From the NCBI GenBank assembly GCA_964628135.1, contig CAZVPN010000001.1:1-48880 (forward strand): a DNA stretch of 48,880 nucleotides, in the 5' to 3' direction. Each line of letters opens with the position of its first letter. Position 1 is the stretch's first letter. Origin of the DNA: an uncultured Campylobacterales bacterium (GTDB lineage: Bacteria; Campylobacterota; Campylobacteria; Campylobacterales; Sulfurovaceae). The notes below the pieces were generated by a model. It searched no databases and was not told where the DNA came from. It saw nothing but the letters and a program-made list of their open reading frames with translations. The position numbers and the translations under genes were made by a program. This document shows positions 1 through 9,391 of the stretch, one piece after another.

Positions 1-1817
1 GTTTGGGATCGATGTCGCCGGAGGCTCATGAGTGTCTGGCAGCTGCCATGAACACAATAGGAGCAAAAAGCAACTCAGGCGAGGGGGGTGAAGATCCGGA
101 GAGGTTCGGCACAATATTAAACTCAAAGATCAAGCAGGTAGCATCAGGCAGATTTGGTGTTACGCCTGCATATTTGCGTTCGGCGGAGGAGATACAGATC
201 AAGGTGGCTCAGGGTGCAAAACCGGGTGAGGGCGGTCAGCTGCCGGGTGCGAAAGTCACCCCTTTGATAGCCAAGCTTAGATATACCAAGCCCGGCATTA
301 CGCTTATCTCTCCGCCACCGCATCATGATATATACTCTATCGAGGATTTGGCACAGTTGATATTTGACCTCAAGCAGGTCAATCCAAAGGCCAAAATATC
401 TGTCAAATTGGTCTCAACGGCCGGCGTAGGAACAATTGCTGCCGGTGTTGCTAAATGCTATGCCGATAAAATCATAATCTCAGGAGCCGATGGCGGAACC
501 GGAGCTTCACCGATTAGCTCTATCAAGTTTGCAGGAAATCCATGGGAGATAGGTCTTATGGAAGCGCATAATGCACTCAAGGCAAACAATCTAAGGGGTC
601 AAGTCAGACTGGAGACTGACGGCGGGCTCAAGAGCGGTATGGATGTAATCAAAGCAGCAATGTTTGGTGCAGAGGAGTTTGCATTTGGAACGGCAGCTTT
701 GGCGATAGTGGGATGTATCATGTGTAGATCTTGCCATACAAATACTTGTCCTGTAGGCATCACGACCCAAGATCTGGATCTCAGGGCCAAATTTAACGGA
801 ACGGTTGAGAAGGTGATCAACTACTTTAGGCTTCTCGCAGAAGATGTTAGGGAGATCCTGGCATCTATTGGCTATAAAAGTATTGATGAGATTGTTGGTA
901 GAAGTGACTTGTTTGAGGTCATTGATGATGAGTTTGCCAAAAAATTCAGCCTGGAAAAACTTTTGGAGAGAGTAGAAGGGGTTGATACTGTTCAGGTGGA
1001 TTCCAATGAGCCGTATGACAAAAATGAGTATGAGCATGAGATACTTGCAGAGGTAATGCCAACGATTGAGGATCCAAGCAAGCCCATCGAGATAAATAGA
1101 GAGATTAGTAACCTAAATAGAAGTTTTGGAGCTTTGATTTCAGGAGAGGTGGCTGCCAAGCATGGCAACTCATCTCTGCCGCAGGATACAATAAAGATCA
1201 ACCTCAAAGGTACATCAGGTCAATCCCTGGGGGCATTTTTGGCAGGCGGTATCACCATTAGACTCGACGGTGCAGCCAATGACTATGTCGGCAAGGGCAT
1301 GGCAGGAGGTCGTATTATTGTTACAGCTGAGCAGAATTGCGGATCAGAATTCTCATTGGCGGGCAACACATGTCTGTATGGAGCTACCGGAGGAACACTC
1401 TATGTCAATGGTAATGTAGGAGAGAGATTTGCCGTAAGAAACTCTGGAGCCAAGACTATAGTCGAGGGCACCGGAGATCATGCTTGTGAGTATATGACCG
1501 GCGGTGTTGTGGTGATCTTGGGTCACACAGGAGTCAATTTCGGTGCCGGTATGACAGGCGGTGTTGCATATGTTTATGACAAAGACAGAGACTTCATCGA
1601 TAATATAAATCAAGAGCTTGTAGAGGCTGTTAGAATTGACACGGACGATATGGACGCAGAGAGATTTGAGCTTAAGAGACTCTTGAGCGACTATTATAAC
1701 GAGACCAAGAGCAGAAAGGCAAAAGAGATACTTGATAAATTTAGACTTGAGGTTAGAACATTCTGGATGGTTAGACCCAGAGAGACCTGTGACTGCAAAA
1801 AGGCAGACAAAGAGTAG
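1..1817 (+). CDS. gltB: Glutamate synthase large subunit, C-terminal part (5' end cut by window edge)
   Basis: The ORF runs in from the window start (frame of 3..1817). It has FMN/Fe-S domain motifs (ISPPPHHDIYSIEDLAQLI, CIMCRSCHTNTCPVGI). These are followed by the C-terminal GXGXG beta-helix domain (GDHACEYMTGG, GVNFGAGMTGG). Confidence 0.95.
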   Translation, partial: LGSMSPEAHECLAAAMNTIGAKSNSGEGGEDPERFGTILNSKIKQVASGRFGVTPAYLRSAEEIQIKVAQGAKPGEGGQLPGAKVTPLIAKLRYTKPGITLISPPPHHDIYSIEDLAQLIFDLKQVNPKAKISVKLVSTAGVGTIAAGVAKCYADKIIISGADGGTGASPISSIKFAGNPWEIGLMEAHNALKANNLRGQVRLETDGGLKSGMDVIKAAMFGAEEFAFGTAALAIVGCIMCRSCHTNTCPVGITTQDLDLRAKFNGTVEKVINYFRLLAEDVREILASIGYKSIDEIVGRSDLFEVIDDEFAKKFSLEKLLERVEGVDTVQVDSNEPYDKNEYEHEILAEVMPTIEDPSKPIEINREISNLNRSFGALISGEVAAKHGNSSLPQDTIKINLKGTSGQSLGAFLAGGITIRLDGAANDYVGKGMAGGRIIVTAEQNCGSEFSLAGNTCLYGATGGTLYVNGNVGERFAVRNSGAKTIVEGTGDHACEYMTGGVVVILGHTGVNFGAGMTGGVAYVYDKDRDFIDNINQELVEAVRIDTDDMDAERFELKRLLSDYYNETKSRKAKEILDKFRLEVRTFWMVRPRETCDCKKADKE

Positions 1818-1819
1818 CC

Positions 1820-2545
1820 GTGAATTCTTTTGTACGCTCAGTGGTAGATGCCAATATAGATATCTATCACGCCCTAAATAAGGATGACAATACACTTGTT
1901 CTCATGGGAGATATAGGTGCCGGCGGAGATATCAGCAGTGGTGCCGATATGCTTGCAGAGAGTATATTTGTTTCCCACCTCTCCAAATATGGCACTATAG
2001 AGTCGGAGGAGTCGGGTACAATTGGCAATAGAGAGGCAAATATCATCATAGACCCGCTTGACGGCAGCAGCAATTACCTCTCAAACTTTCCATATTATGG
2101 GACTTCGGTAGCAATTATGGATGATGATAAACAGATCAGAGCGGCAGTAGTATGCAATTTGGCAAATGGAGATATATTTATCAAAGAGAGAAATAGCGGA
2201 ATCAGATTTGAAAACTTTTTGGATAAAGATAGATCCTTTCATAAAGAGACCAATCCGCAAATTGGTCTATTTGAAAAGGCCTATGCTCATCCGGATCTTG
2301 TAGCCGAGCTGTCAAAAAAAGGCTACAAGTTTAGGTCTCCCGGAGCTACTGCATTGTCATTGGCATATGCCAAAGATGCTGCATTTTTCATTTTTGCGGG
2401 CAAAACAAGAGTGTATGATTTTGCCGCTGGATTGGCTTTGTGTGAAGGTATGGAGATGACAATTGAAGATGAATATGTTATAGTAACAAAAGAGAAAAAA
2501 ATTTTAAATGATCTGAATGAAATAGTAAATAGGAGTATCAAATGA
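1820..2545 (+). CDS. Inositol monophosphatase / FBPase-like family protein (SuhB/CysQ-like)
   Basis: 241 aa with a GTG start 2 nt after the gltB stop. Family motifs DPLDGSSNY and YDFAAGLAL are present. Confidence 0.8.
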   Translation: MNSFVRSVVDANIDIYHALNKDDNTLVLMGDIGAGGDISSGADMLAESIFVSHLSKYGTIESEESGTIGNREANIIIDPLDGSSNYLSNFPYYGTSVAIMDDDKQIRAAVVCNLANGDIFIKERNSGIRFENFLDKDRSFHKETNPQIGLFEKAYAHPDLVAELSKKGYKFRSPGATALSLAYAKDAAFFIFAGKTRVYDFAAGLALCEGMEMTIEDEYVIVTKEKKILNDLNEIVNRSIK

Positions 2546-3438
2546 AATTCGGCAATCTTTTTGGAGGAATGAGCAAAAAGCAGGAGGAGGAGCAAAGCAG
2601 CTGGATCAAATGTCCCAAGTGTAACTCTCTAATGCACTATAAGCAGGTAGAGGAGAGGTTAAACACTTGCCCTAAATGTTCGCATCACTTCAGAATTTCA
2701 GCAGATAAAAGGATTGAGCTGCTTGCAGACGAGGGGAGTTTTGAGGAGAGAGATGCCTCTTTGACTCCTGTAGATCCATTAAAATTCTCAGATAAAAAAA
2801 GCTACAAAAAGAGACTTGACGAGGGCAAGAAAAAAACAGGCAGGCTCTCCTCGGTGGTAAGCGGCAGCTGCACGATCGAAGGCAATCCTGTGGAGCTGGT
2901 GGTGTTTGATTTCTCATTTATGGGAGGAAGTCTGGGTTCTGTAGAGGGAGAAAAGATCGTCAGGGCCGTCAATCGTGCCATAGAGAACAGGAGCGGAGTA
3001 GTGATAGTCTCGGCATCCGGAGGTGCCAGAATGCAGGAGAGCACATACTCTCTGCTACAGATGAGCAAAACATCAGCTGCACTCAAAAAACTTTCCGATG
3101 AGGGTCTGCCTTTTATCTCTGTGCTGACCGATCCTACAATGGGAGGTGTTAGTGCATCTTTTGCGATGTTGGGAGATATTATAATGGCAGAGCCAAATGC
3201 CTTAGTAGGTTTTGCCGGTCAGAGAGTTATCAAGCAGACAGTGGGCGTGGATCTTCCTGAAGGCTTCCAAAGAGCTGAATTTTTGCTTGAACATGGGCTG
3301 ATAGATATGGTGGTCAGCAGAGACGATATGAAGCACAGCATAGGTAGATTTATGAAGATGTTCTTGGCAGATAGAGATGAAACTGCAGCTTCTTCAGGTG
3401 CTTCTGCAGAAAATGACCAGGAGAGTAGTGCAGTGTGA
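2542..3438 (+). CDS. accD: Acetyl-CoA carboxylase carboxyltransferase beta subunit
   Basis: N-terminal zinc ribbon CPKCNS...CPKCSHH, then the carboxyltransferase core (GGSLGSVEGEKI, SGGARMQE, GFAGQRVI). AGGAG RBS before ATG 2542. The start overlaps the previous stop (ATGA). Confidence 0.95.
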   Translation: MKFGNLFGGMSKKQEEEQSSWIKCPKCNSLMHYKQVEERLNTCPKCSHHFRISADKRIELLADEGSFEERDASLTPVDPLKFSDKKSYKKRLDEGKKKTGRLSSVVSGSCTIEGNPVELVVFDFSFMGGSLGSVEGEKIVRAVNRAIENRSGVVIVSASGGARMQESTYSLLQMSKTSAALKKLSDEGLPFISVLTDPTMGGVSASFAMLGDIIMAEPNALVGFAGQRVIKQTVGVDLPEGFQRAEFLLEHGLIDMVVSRDDMKHSIGRFMKMFLADRDETAASSGASAENDQESSAV

Positions 3439-3496
3439 TTGCAAATCTTGTACTCTCTTTGCCGCTTGTAAAATATCTTCAAAGGAGATGGAATCA

Positions 3497-4318
3497 ATGA
3501 CAAAACAAAAGGCAAATTATACCACTAAACTTCCCGAGCTGACACAGAAACACTCCAAAGTATTTAGACAAAGCGATAAGATCAAGACAAAGTTCTACAA
3601 CAATGAGCTCTATAGACTTCAGCATGAGATTGTCAAGCTTCAAAAGTGGGTGATTGATAATGACAAGAGACTTTTGGTGATATTTGAGGGGATGGATACA
3701 GCCGGCAAGAGCTCCACTATAAAAGCATTGAGCCCATACCTAAACCCGAGAGCCTCGCGATCGGTAGCTCTGCCAAAGCCAAGTGATGTTGAGCTAGGTC
3801 AATGGTATTTTCAGCGACACTTCAAACAGCTTCCAAATGAGGGGGAGATGGTATTTTTTGATCGCAGCTGGTATAATCGTGCAGGAATAGAGCAGGTGTT
3901 TGGCTTTTGCACGCAGGCTCAACATGAGCATTTCTATGCACAGGTCAATGATGTAGAGCAGATGCTGGTGGATGATGGGATACTCTTTTTCAAATTTTAT
4001 CTCAATATCGACAAACAGACACAACTAGATCGCATCAAAGATAGAGAAAATGACCCACTCAAAAGCTGGAAGCTCTCAAAGCTTGACTATGAGTCTGTCA
4101 AGAGGTATGATGATTATGTTGTGCTCAGAGACAAGATGTTTAGAATCTCGGGCACCTCTTATGCTCCGTGGGTAGAGTTTGATGCGATAGACAAAAAGCG
4201 TGCAAGATTAAACGCCATCAGATACCTGCTTGATAATATCGATTATGACAACAAAGATAGCGATCTGATAACGGGAGTGGATGAAAAGATCGTCAAGCTT
4301 CACAATCAGGAGTTCTAA
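3497..4318 (+). CDS. ppk2: Polyphosphate kinase 2 family protein
   Basis: PPK2 P-loop FEGMDTAGKSSTIK and FDRSWYNRAG are present. The six-frame ORF begins at 3377 inside accD. AGGAG at 3483-3487 lies 9 nt before ATG 3497, while ATG 3488 abuts the RBS. Confidence 0.9.
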   Translation: MTKQKANYTTKLPELTQKHSKVFRQSDKIKTKFYNNELYRLQHEIVKLQKWVIDNDKRLLVIFEGMDTAGKSSTIKALSPYLNPRASRSVALPKPSDVELGQWYFQRHFKQLPNEGEMVFFDRSWYNRAGIEQVFGFCTQAQHEHFYAQVNDVEQMLVDDGILFFKFYLNIDKQTQLDRIKDRENDPLKSWKLSKLDYESVKRYDDYVVLRDKMFRISGTSYAPWVEFDAIDKKRARLNAIRYLLDNIDYDNKDSDLITGVDEKIVKLHNQEF

Positions 4319-5463
4319 AAAGAGTACTTGACGGAGAGATCAACTGCAGCTTGTATCTGCTTTGTGGCAAATGTCATAACGGGATGGACGTAAAATGCAG
4401 ACCCTATAGTAAGATTTCCGGTTGAGTAGTCAACTCCGACAGTCGGCATGACAGGAAAAGGAAGCTTAAACTCTTTGATAGTATCAGTTTTGATCTTCAG
4501 AGGTGCGATCAATCCCAAATGATAACTATAATGTCCGCTGTGGTATGCCCCATAAAACCGAATTAGTTGAAAGTCAAACTGATTCATGCTGTATTTTCCA
4601 TACATCATCTCGTAGCCCAACCCAAATTCCCATTTTTCTGAGAGACGGTAGTTGACTCCTATATTGAGATCTTTGATAAATTTTGCCTTGAAATGCCGTT
4701 TGTTTGAACTATACTTATGTTTGGTAACTGTTTTGACATCCAACTCTCCGTTGATATGCTTGAGTACCGCCCCAAAACTAAGATTGTCATTTAGTTTATA
4801 TATTATTCCCACATCAGCAGCCCACGCGTCAGCATGCACATTCATATCTATAGGATCTGCCGGATCGCTTCTGTAACCGGAAAAGAGTGTATGGCATTTG
4901 ACTCTGCCTAATGATGCTCCAAATTTAAGACTTGGCAATTTTTCAAAATAGCCGCCTAAGCCTATCCTGTAATCATTTGTCTCTGAGTCAATTTTTCCGG
5001 TAAAGCCGCCGGACATGCCGGGTAGTGCAGTTCTGAGAAATGATGTTTTAAGCTCATTTGACTTGAATGTGCCATCCGCTTTGAAGTATACTCTTGGAAT
5101 AAAAGCGACTCCTGCCGTAGCTTTGAATCCAAGAGCCTTGAGATATGGCAATGCAAACGCTGCACCTGCAAAACTCAGATGCGCTAACGGTCTGTTTAAT
5201 TGCCCCGCAACGGCAATTTGGGTCGAGTTGATATCGCTTAGACCAGCCGGATTCCAGTATATAGAGTATATATCATTGACAGAAGCCACCACGGCTCCAC
5301 CCTTGGCTATTTGCGAGGGACCAACTCCCATCAGCAAGTCACTGCCCTCAGCTTCAAAAAACTGTGCCGATGATATCTGTGACGAGAGAAGAAAGAGTGC
5401 AAATAGAGGGTATCTGATCTTTGCCAAATCAATTATTCTGTTTGTATATTCAAAAAAGTCCAT
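4315..5463 (-). CDS. Putative outer-membrane beta-barrel protein (unknown family)
   Basis: 382 aa with a hydrophobic signal-like N-terminus (YPLFALFLLSSQISSAQ). It shows alternating beta-strand patterning, a YWNPAGL motif and a C-terminal ...VKYSF aromatic end typical of outer-membrane barrels. It overlaps the upstream gene by 14 nt. Confidence 0.6.
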   Translation of the reverse strand: MDFFEYTNRIIDLAKIRYPLFALFLLSSQISSAQFFEAEGSDLLMGVGPSQIAKGGAVVASVNDIYSIYWNPAGLSDINSTQIAVAGQLNRPLAHLSFAGAAFALPYLKALGFKATAGVAFIPRVYFKADGTFKSNELKTSFLRTALPGMSGGFTGKIDSETNDYRIGLGGYFEKLPSLKFGASLGRVKCHTLFSGYRSDPADPIDMNVHADAWAADVGIIYKLNDNLSFGAVLKHINGELDVKTVTKHKYSSNKRHFKAKFIKDLNIGVNYRLSEKWEFGLGYEMMYGKYSMNQFDFQLIRFYGAYHSGHYSYHLGLIAPLKIKTDTIKEFKLPFPVMPTVGVDYSTGNLTIGSAFYVHPVMTFATKQIQAAVDLSVKYSF

Positions 5464-6436
5464 ACTCTTCTTTGTCTATTTCAAAGCTTTTGAACAGATC
5501 TTTGTCCAAAGAGTATACAAAGGCATAGTTGTAGTGAGTGGCTGTCAGTATCTCTCTGGCTTGCTCTACACTTTCAAACCAATATGGACGATCTACATTT
5601 TCTACTTTTGTCTTTGGTGGAGTGAGCACGATGCTTTTGACCCAAGTGGTCTGATATCTTATATACTCTCTGGCTTTGACTATATCTTCGATATTGTCCG
5701 TAAATATCAAAACTTTGTCGCTAGCACCCTGCGAGACGGTGTGTAGATTGTTGTCTATATATAGAGGCATAAAGTGTTTGGTGTAGCCTATGCGTTCTAT
5801 GGAGTAGGGGATCTCGTGCTTTTGACATAGATGGACGACTTTGAGTAGATGATCCAGATGAAAGGGAGCCATCTTTAGATCCTGGTAAACATATTTTCCT
5901 ACTCTAAAGGTGCTTCTAAATAGTGTATCGGATATCGCATACCCCTCAGCCGTCTCTTCAAGTGTGGGTGTAGGAGTTTTGATCAAAGAGAGTAGCTCTT
6001 TGTCGGTAGAGACAAATAGATACGAGTCGCTATTGAGTATCTGCTCAAATGCTTTGTGCCACTCATTTGATAGAAATGTAATGCCGCTTTTTTGGGTAGT
6101 AATTTGCCTAAAAAAGCTCATTTCATGAGGATTTAGCAGATAAAAATCCGCCTCTTTGCTGAGCAAAACATATCTAAGCAGCTTAAAAGCAGAGATTCTT
6201 ACGGAGTCAACTTTGATCCACGCTATCTCATCGTCGGTGATCTTGACATCGCCTTCATAGATGATACCATATGCTCCATTGTCTATAGCAGAGGCTATGT
6301 CTGCATTGTCGTGAGCAAAAAATAGATCCCCCAGAGTCACCTTGGAGGGAAAAGTTGTCGCACTCTCTATGGCTTTGATATGGGGGGTGTTTTGCAGCTC
6401 TCCGTCAGTTAGGTTTAGGATATCATCTATTTTCAT
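5450..6436 (-). CDS. Conserved hypothetical protein with a MurF-like N-terminal domain but no ATP-binding P-loop
   Basis: The first ~95 of 328 aa parallel the MurF N-terminal domain (LTDGELQN..., GDLFFA, AIDNGAYGII). No GxxGK[TS] motif appears anywhere. The start ATG overlaps the metG stop (TAATG). Confidence 0.55.
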   Translation of the reverse strand: MKIDDILNLTDGELQNTPHIKAIESATTFPSKVTLGDLFFAHDNADIASAIDNGAYGIIYEGDVKITDDEIAWIKVDSVRISAFKLLRYVLLSKEADFYLLNPHEMSFFRQITTQKSGITFLSNEWHKAFEQILNSDSYLFVSTDKELLSLIKTPTPTLEETAEGYAISDTLFRSTFRVGKYVYQDLKMAPFHLDHLLKVVHLCQKHEIPYSIERIGYTKHFMPLYIDNNLHTVSQGASDKVLIFTDNIEDIVKAREYIRYQTTWVKSIVLTPPKTKVENVDRPYWFESVEQAREILTATHYNYAFVYSLDKDLFKSFEIDKEEYGLF

Positions 6437-8394
6437 TAGCTAACTGCCGTGCCGGCTTTTTTGGGCTTTTCGGGGCGGATCAATACCAATCCGTCATCAT
6501 CTTTGGCAGCAAGCACCATACCCTCGCTTTTGATTCCCATCAATTTGGCGGGTTTTAAATTGGCTACTAGGCAAACTTGCGTATCTACAAGTGATTGTGG
6601 AGTATACCACTCTTTGATACCCGATACTACCTGTCTGATATCCCCATCTCCTAGATCCACCTTCAAAAGCAGCAGTTTTTTACTCTTTGGCACCTCTGAA
6701 GCCTCTATAACGGTGCCTATTTTCATAGAAGTTTGGAAAAATTGATCTATGCCAATAAGGGCAACACCATCATCCTTTGGCTCATCTTTTGGTTTCTCTT
6801 TTGTTTGTGGTTTTGTTTGAGTTTGCTTCTCCTCCAAAATAGCCTCTTCGATACGAGGAAAGAGCGGCGGAATTTTTTCGACTACAAACTCTTTGGATAG
6901 TTTTTTATCTTTGACAAACCACTCATAGCTATCTTTATTGATCTCAAAACCTAGTGCTGAGGCTATCTTGTCTGTAGTTTTTGGCATCACGGGATGAAGC
7001 ATTATGCTTACATTTGCAAGAATAGTAGCGATTAGTCCATTGAGTGCCATCGCCTCATCTTGGCGATCCTCTTTCATCAGTGTCCAAGGCTGATACTGAT
7101 CTATCGCTTTGTTTGCTATGGCAAGCGGCTTCCATAACTCTTCGAGGTATCTGTGTATCTGCATCTCAAACAGAAGAGGCTCAAGTTTGTCCATACTCTC
7201 ATGGAGGGCATCTAGTTCGGATTGGTAATATTTTGCGGTATTGGCGCTATCGACTCTACCATCAAAATATTTGCCGCTCATACCGATGAGACGGTTTAGT
7301 AGATTACCAAGGTCATTGCCAAGATCTGAGTTGATACGATCCATCAGAGCCTTTTGGCTGAAATCGCCATCCCCGCCAAACGGCACCTCTCTAAGCATAA
7401 AGTAGCGGAAATTCTCCAATCCATAAGCATCTGCCACCTCTTTTGGATTGACCACATTGCCTTTGGATTTGGACATCTTCTCGCCGTTGCGTGTCCACCA
7501 TCCGTGTGCAGCCACATGTTTTGGTAGAGGCATATCGAGACTCATCAAAAAGGCAGGCCAATATATAGCATGGAAGCGGAGTATATCTTTGCCTATCAGA
7601 TGCACACGAGCAGGCCAATAATCCATCTTTGCCTCATCTGTGCCGTATCCAAGTGCAGTGAGGTAGTTCATCAGAGCATCAAGCCATACATACATTACAT
7701 GTTTGGGATCATTGATCTCATCAGGCAGATGAACGCCCCAATCAAAGCTGGTTCGAGTAACAGATAGATCCTCAAGTCCAGATTCGACAAACCTGATCAC
7801 CTCATTTCTCTTGCTTTTTGGAAGTATGCACTCCGGATTGTCGCTATACCACTTTAGGAGCTTCTCTTGATAGTCTGAGAGACGGAAAAAATAGCTCTCC
7901 TCCTCTACGATAGATGTAGGCTTGCCGCACTCTGGACAAAACTCATCATCTACAAGCTGTGTCTTTGGGAAAAATGTCTCACATGAGATGCAGTAGTGAC
8001 CCTTGTAAACATCTTTGTAAATATCGCCTTTGTCATACATCTTTTTGAAGGCTGCTTTGACTCCCTCTTTGTGCTCCTCGTCGGTAGTTCTGATAAATTT
8101 GTCATAGCTTATATCAAACTCATCCCACAATGCCCTAAATTTGCCTGATATCTCATCGGCATACTCTTGTGTGGCTTTGCCGCGCGCTTTTGCAGCCTCT
8201 TCTATCTTTTGACCATGCTCATCGGTGCCGGTGAGAAAAAATGTATCGAGCCCAACCATACGAGAATAGATAGCTAAAGTATCGGCGATTACGGTAGTGT
8301 AGGCGTGTCCGATATGAGGTATATCGTTGACATAGTATATAGGTGTAGTGATATAGGCTTTTTTGCAGCCGCTGTTTGTAGTTGAATCAGACAT
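6436..8394 (-). CDS. metG: Methionine--tRNA ligase with C-terminal tRNA-binding (EMAP-like) domain
   Basis: HIGH motif (HIGHAY), KMSKS, a zinc knuckle (CISCETFF...CPECG) and a C-terminal OB-fold tRNA-binding domain (KIGTVIEASEVPKSKKLLLLKVDLG). Confidence 0.97.
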   Translation of the reverse strand: MSDSTTNSGCKKAYITTPIYYVNDIPHIGHAYTTVIADTLAIYSRMVGLDTFFLTGTDEHGQKIEEAAKARGKATQEYADEISGKFRALWDEFDISYDKFIRTTDEEHKEGVKAAFKKMYDKGDIYKDVYKGHYCISCETFFPKTQLVDDEFCPECGKPTSIVEEESYFFRLSDYQEKLLKWYSDNPECILPKSKRNEVIRFVESGLEDLSVTRTSFDWGVHLPDEINDPKHVMYVWLDALMNYLTALGYGTDEAKMDYWPARVHLIGKDILRFHAIYWPAFLMSLDMPLPKHVAAHGWWTRNGEKMSKSKGNVVNPKEVADAYGLENFRYFMLREVPFGGDGDFSQKALMDRINSDLGNDLGNLLNRLIGMSGKYFDGRVDSANTAKYYQSELDALHESMDKLEPLLFEMQIHRYLEELWKPLAIANKAIDQYQPWTLMKEDRQDEAMALNGLIATILANVSIMLHPVMPKTTDKIASALGFEINKDSYEWFVKDKKLSKEFVVEKIPPLFPRIEEAILEEKQTQTKPQTKEKPKDEPKDDGVALIGIDQFFQTSMKIGTVIEASEVPKSKKLLLLKVDLGDGDIRQVVSGIKEWYTPQSLVDTQVCLVANLKPAKLMGIKSEGMVLAAKDDDGLVLIRPEKPKKAGTAVS

Positions 8395-8512
8395 TAATGT
8401 TCCTTAAACAAATGAGTTTATTTGATGGACATTTTATCTAAAAAATTGTATTTTTAACCTTTTATTGTATAATCAGTTTTTAGTAATCAATCCCAATATC
8501 AAGTTGTATAAA

Positions 8513-9391
8513 ATGCAGAGAGAAAGACTTAAAGAGATAAAAAAAGTTGGCTTTATACTTAGGCCCGACAGCAGTGATATGGGCTCTATATTTTATAATA
8601 TCAAGAAGAGCTTTGAGGATCACGGTATTGAGGTAATGTTGGCTGATGATTCGGCAAAGCTTATAGGCTCCAAAGATGGAGTAGAGTTTGATAAAATGTG
8701 CGTAGAAGCTGATTTTTTGGTATCTTTGGGTGGCGATGGCACACTTTTGTCGCTTGTTAGAAGAAGCTACAAATATCACAAGCCGATAGTGGGTATCAAT
8801 GCCGGCAATTTGGGATTTTTGGCTGATGTGACACTCACTGAGGTAGATAAATTTTTGGATATGCTTTTTGTAGGCGATTATCGCATAGATGAGAGGATGA
8901 TGATCTCCGGACATATTGACAAAAAATCGGGCGAAAGAATAGATTTTTTCGCCCTAAATGATGTAGTGATCACCAGCCCAATACCATCCAAGATGATTCA
9001 GGTCAATGCCTATATCGATGGGCAGAGATTTAACAGCTACAGAGGGGACGGCATAATCATATCGACACCTACCGGCTCTACTGCTTACAACCTAGCAGCA
9101 GGCGGTCCGGTGGTCTATCCTTTGACCAAAGCATTCATAATCACCCCCGTAATGGCACACTCCTTGACCAATCAGCGTCCTTTGGTGGTGCCGGCGGACT
9201 TTGCTATAGAGTTTGACGCTCAAAAGTATGATGCGATAGCAAGTATTGACGGACAGGAGAGGTATGAGCTGGAGGAGGGTGATGCAGTGCATATCAGCGG
9301 AGCCAAACAGGGAGCCAGACTGTTGCACCGCAAAGAGAGAAACTACTTTAATGTTCTCAGGGAAAAACTTCACTGGGGAGACAGGCTTTGA
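8513..9391 (+). CDS. nadK: NAD kinase
   Basis: GGDGTLL motif and the NAD kinase C-terminal domain (GDGIIISTPTGSTAYNLAAGGP). The first ATG in the ORF is at 8513. An extended -10 TGTATAAT sits at 8466-8473. The start is uncertain because there is no clear RBS. Confidence 0.9.
   Translation: MQRERLKEIKKVGFILRPDSSDMGSIFYNIKKSFEDHGIEVMLADDSAKLIGSKDGVEFDKMCVEADFLVSLGGDGTLLSLVRRSYKYHKPIVGINAGNLGFLADVTLTEVDKFLDMLFVGDYRIDERMMISGHIDKKSGERIDFFALNDVVITSPIPSKMIQVNAYIDGQRFNSYRGDGIIISTPTGSTAYNLAAGGPVVYPLTKAFIITPVMAHSLTNQRPLVVPADFAIEFDAQKYDAIASIDGQERYELEEGDAVHISGAKQGARLLHRKERNYFNVLREKLHWGDRL

Noticed and set aside
3377-3496. N-terminal 40 codons of the six-frame PPK2 ORF, overlapping accD
   Set aside because: An AGGAG RBS at 3483-3487 and the family N-terminus support a start at 3497. 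The upstream part reads through the accD 3' end.
5015-5746. 243-aa plus-strand ORF
   Set aside because: It is antisense to the outer-membrane barrel gene and the MurF-like gene. It has no RBS and crosses a gene junction. Shadow ORF.
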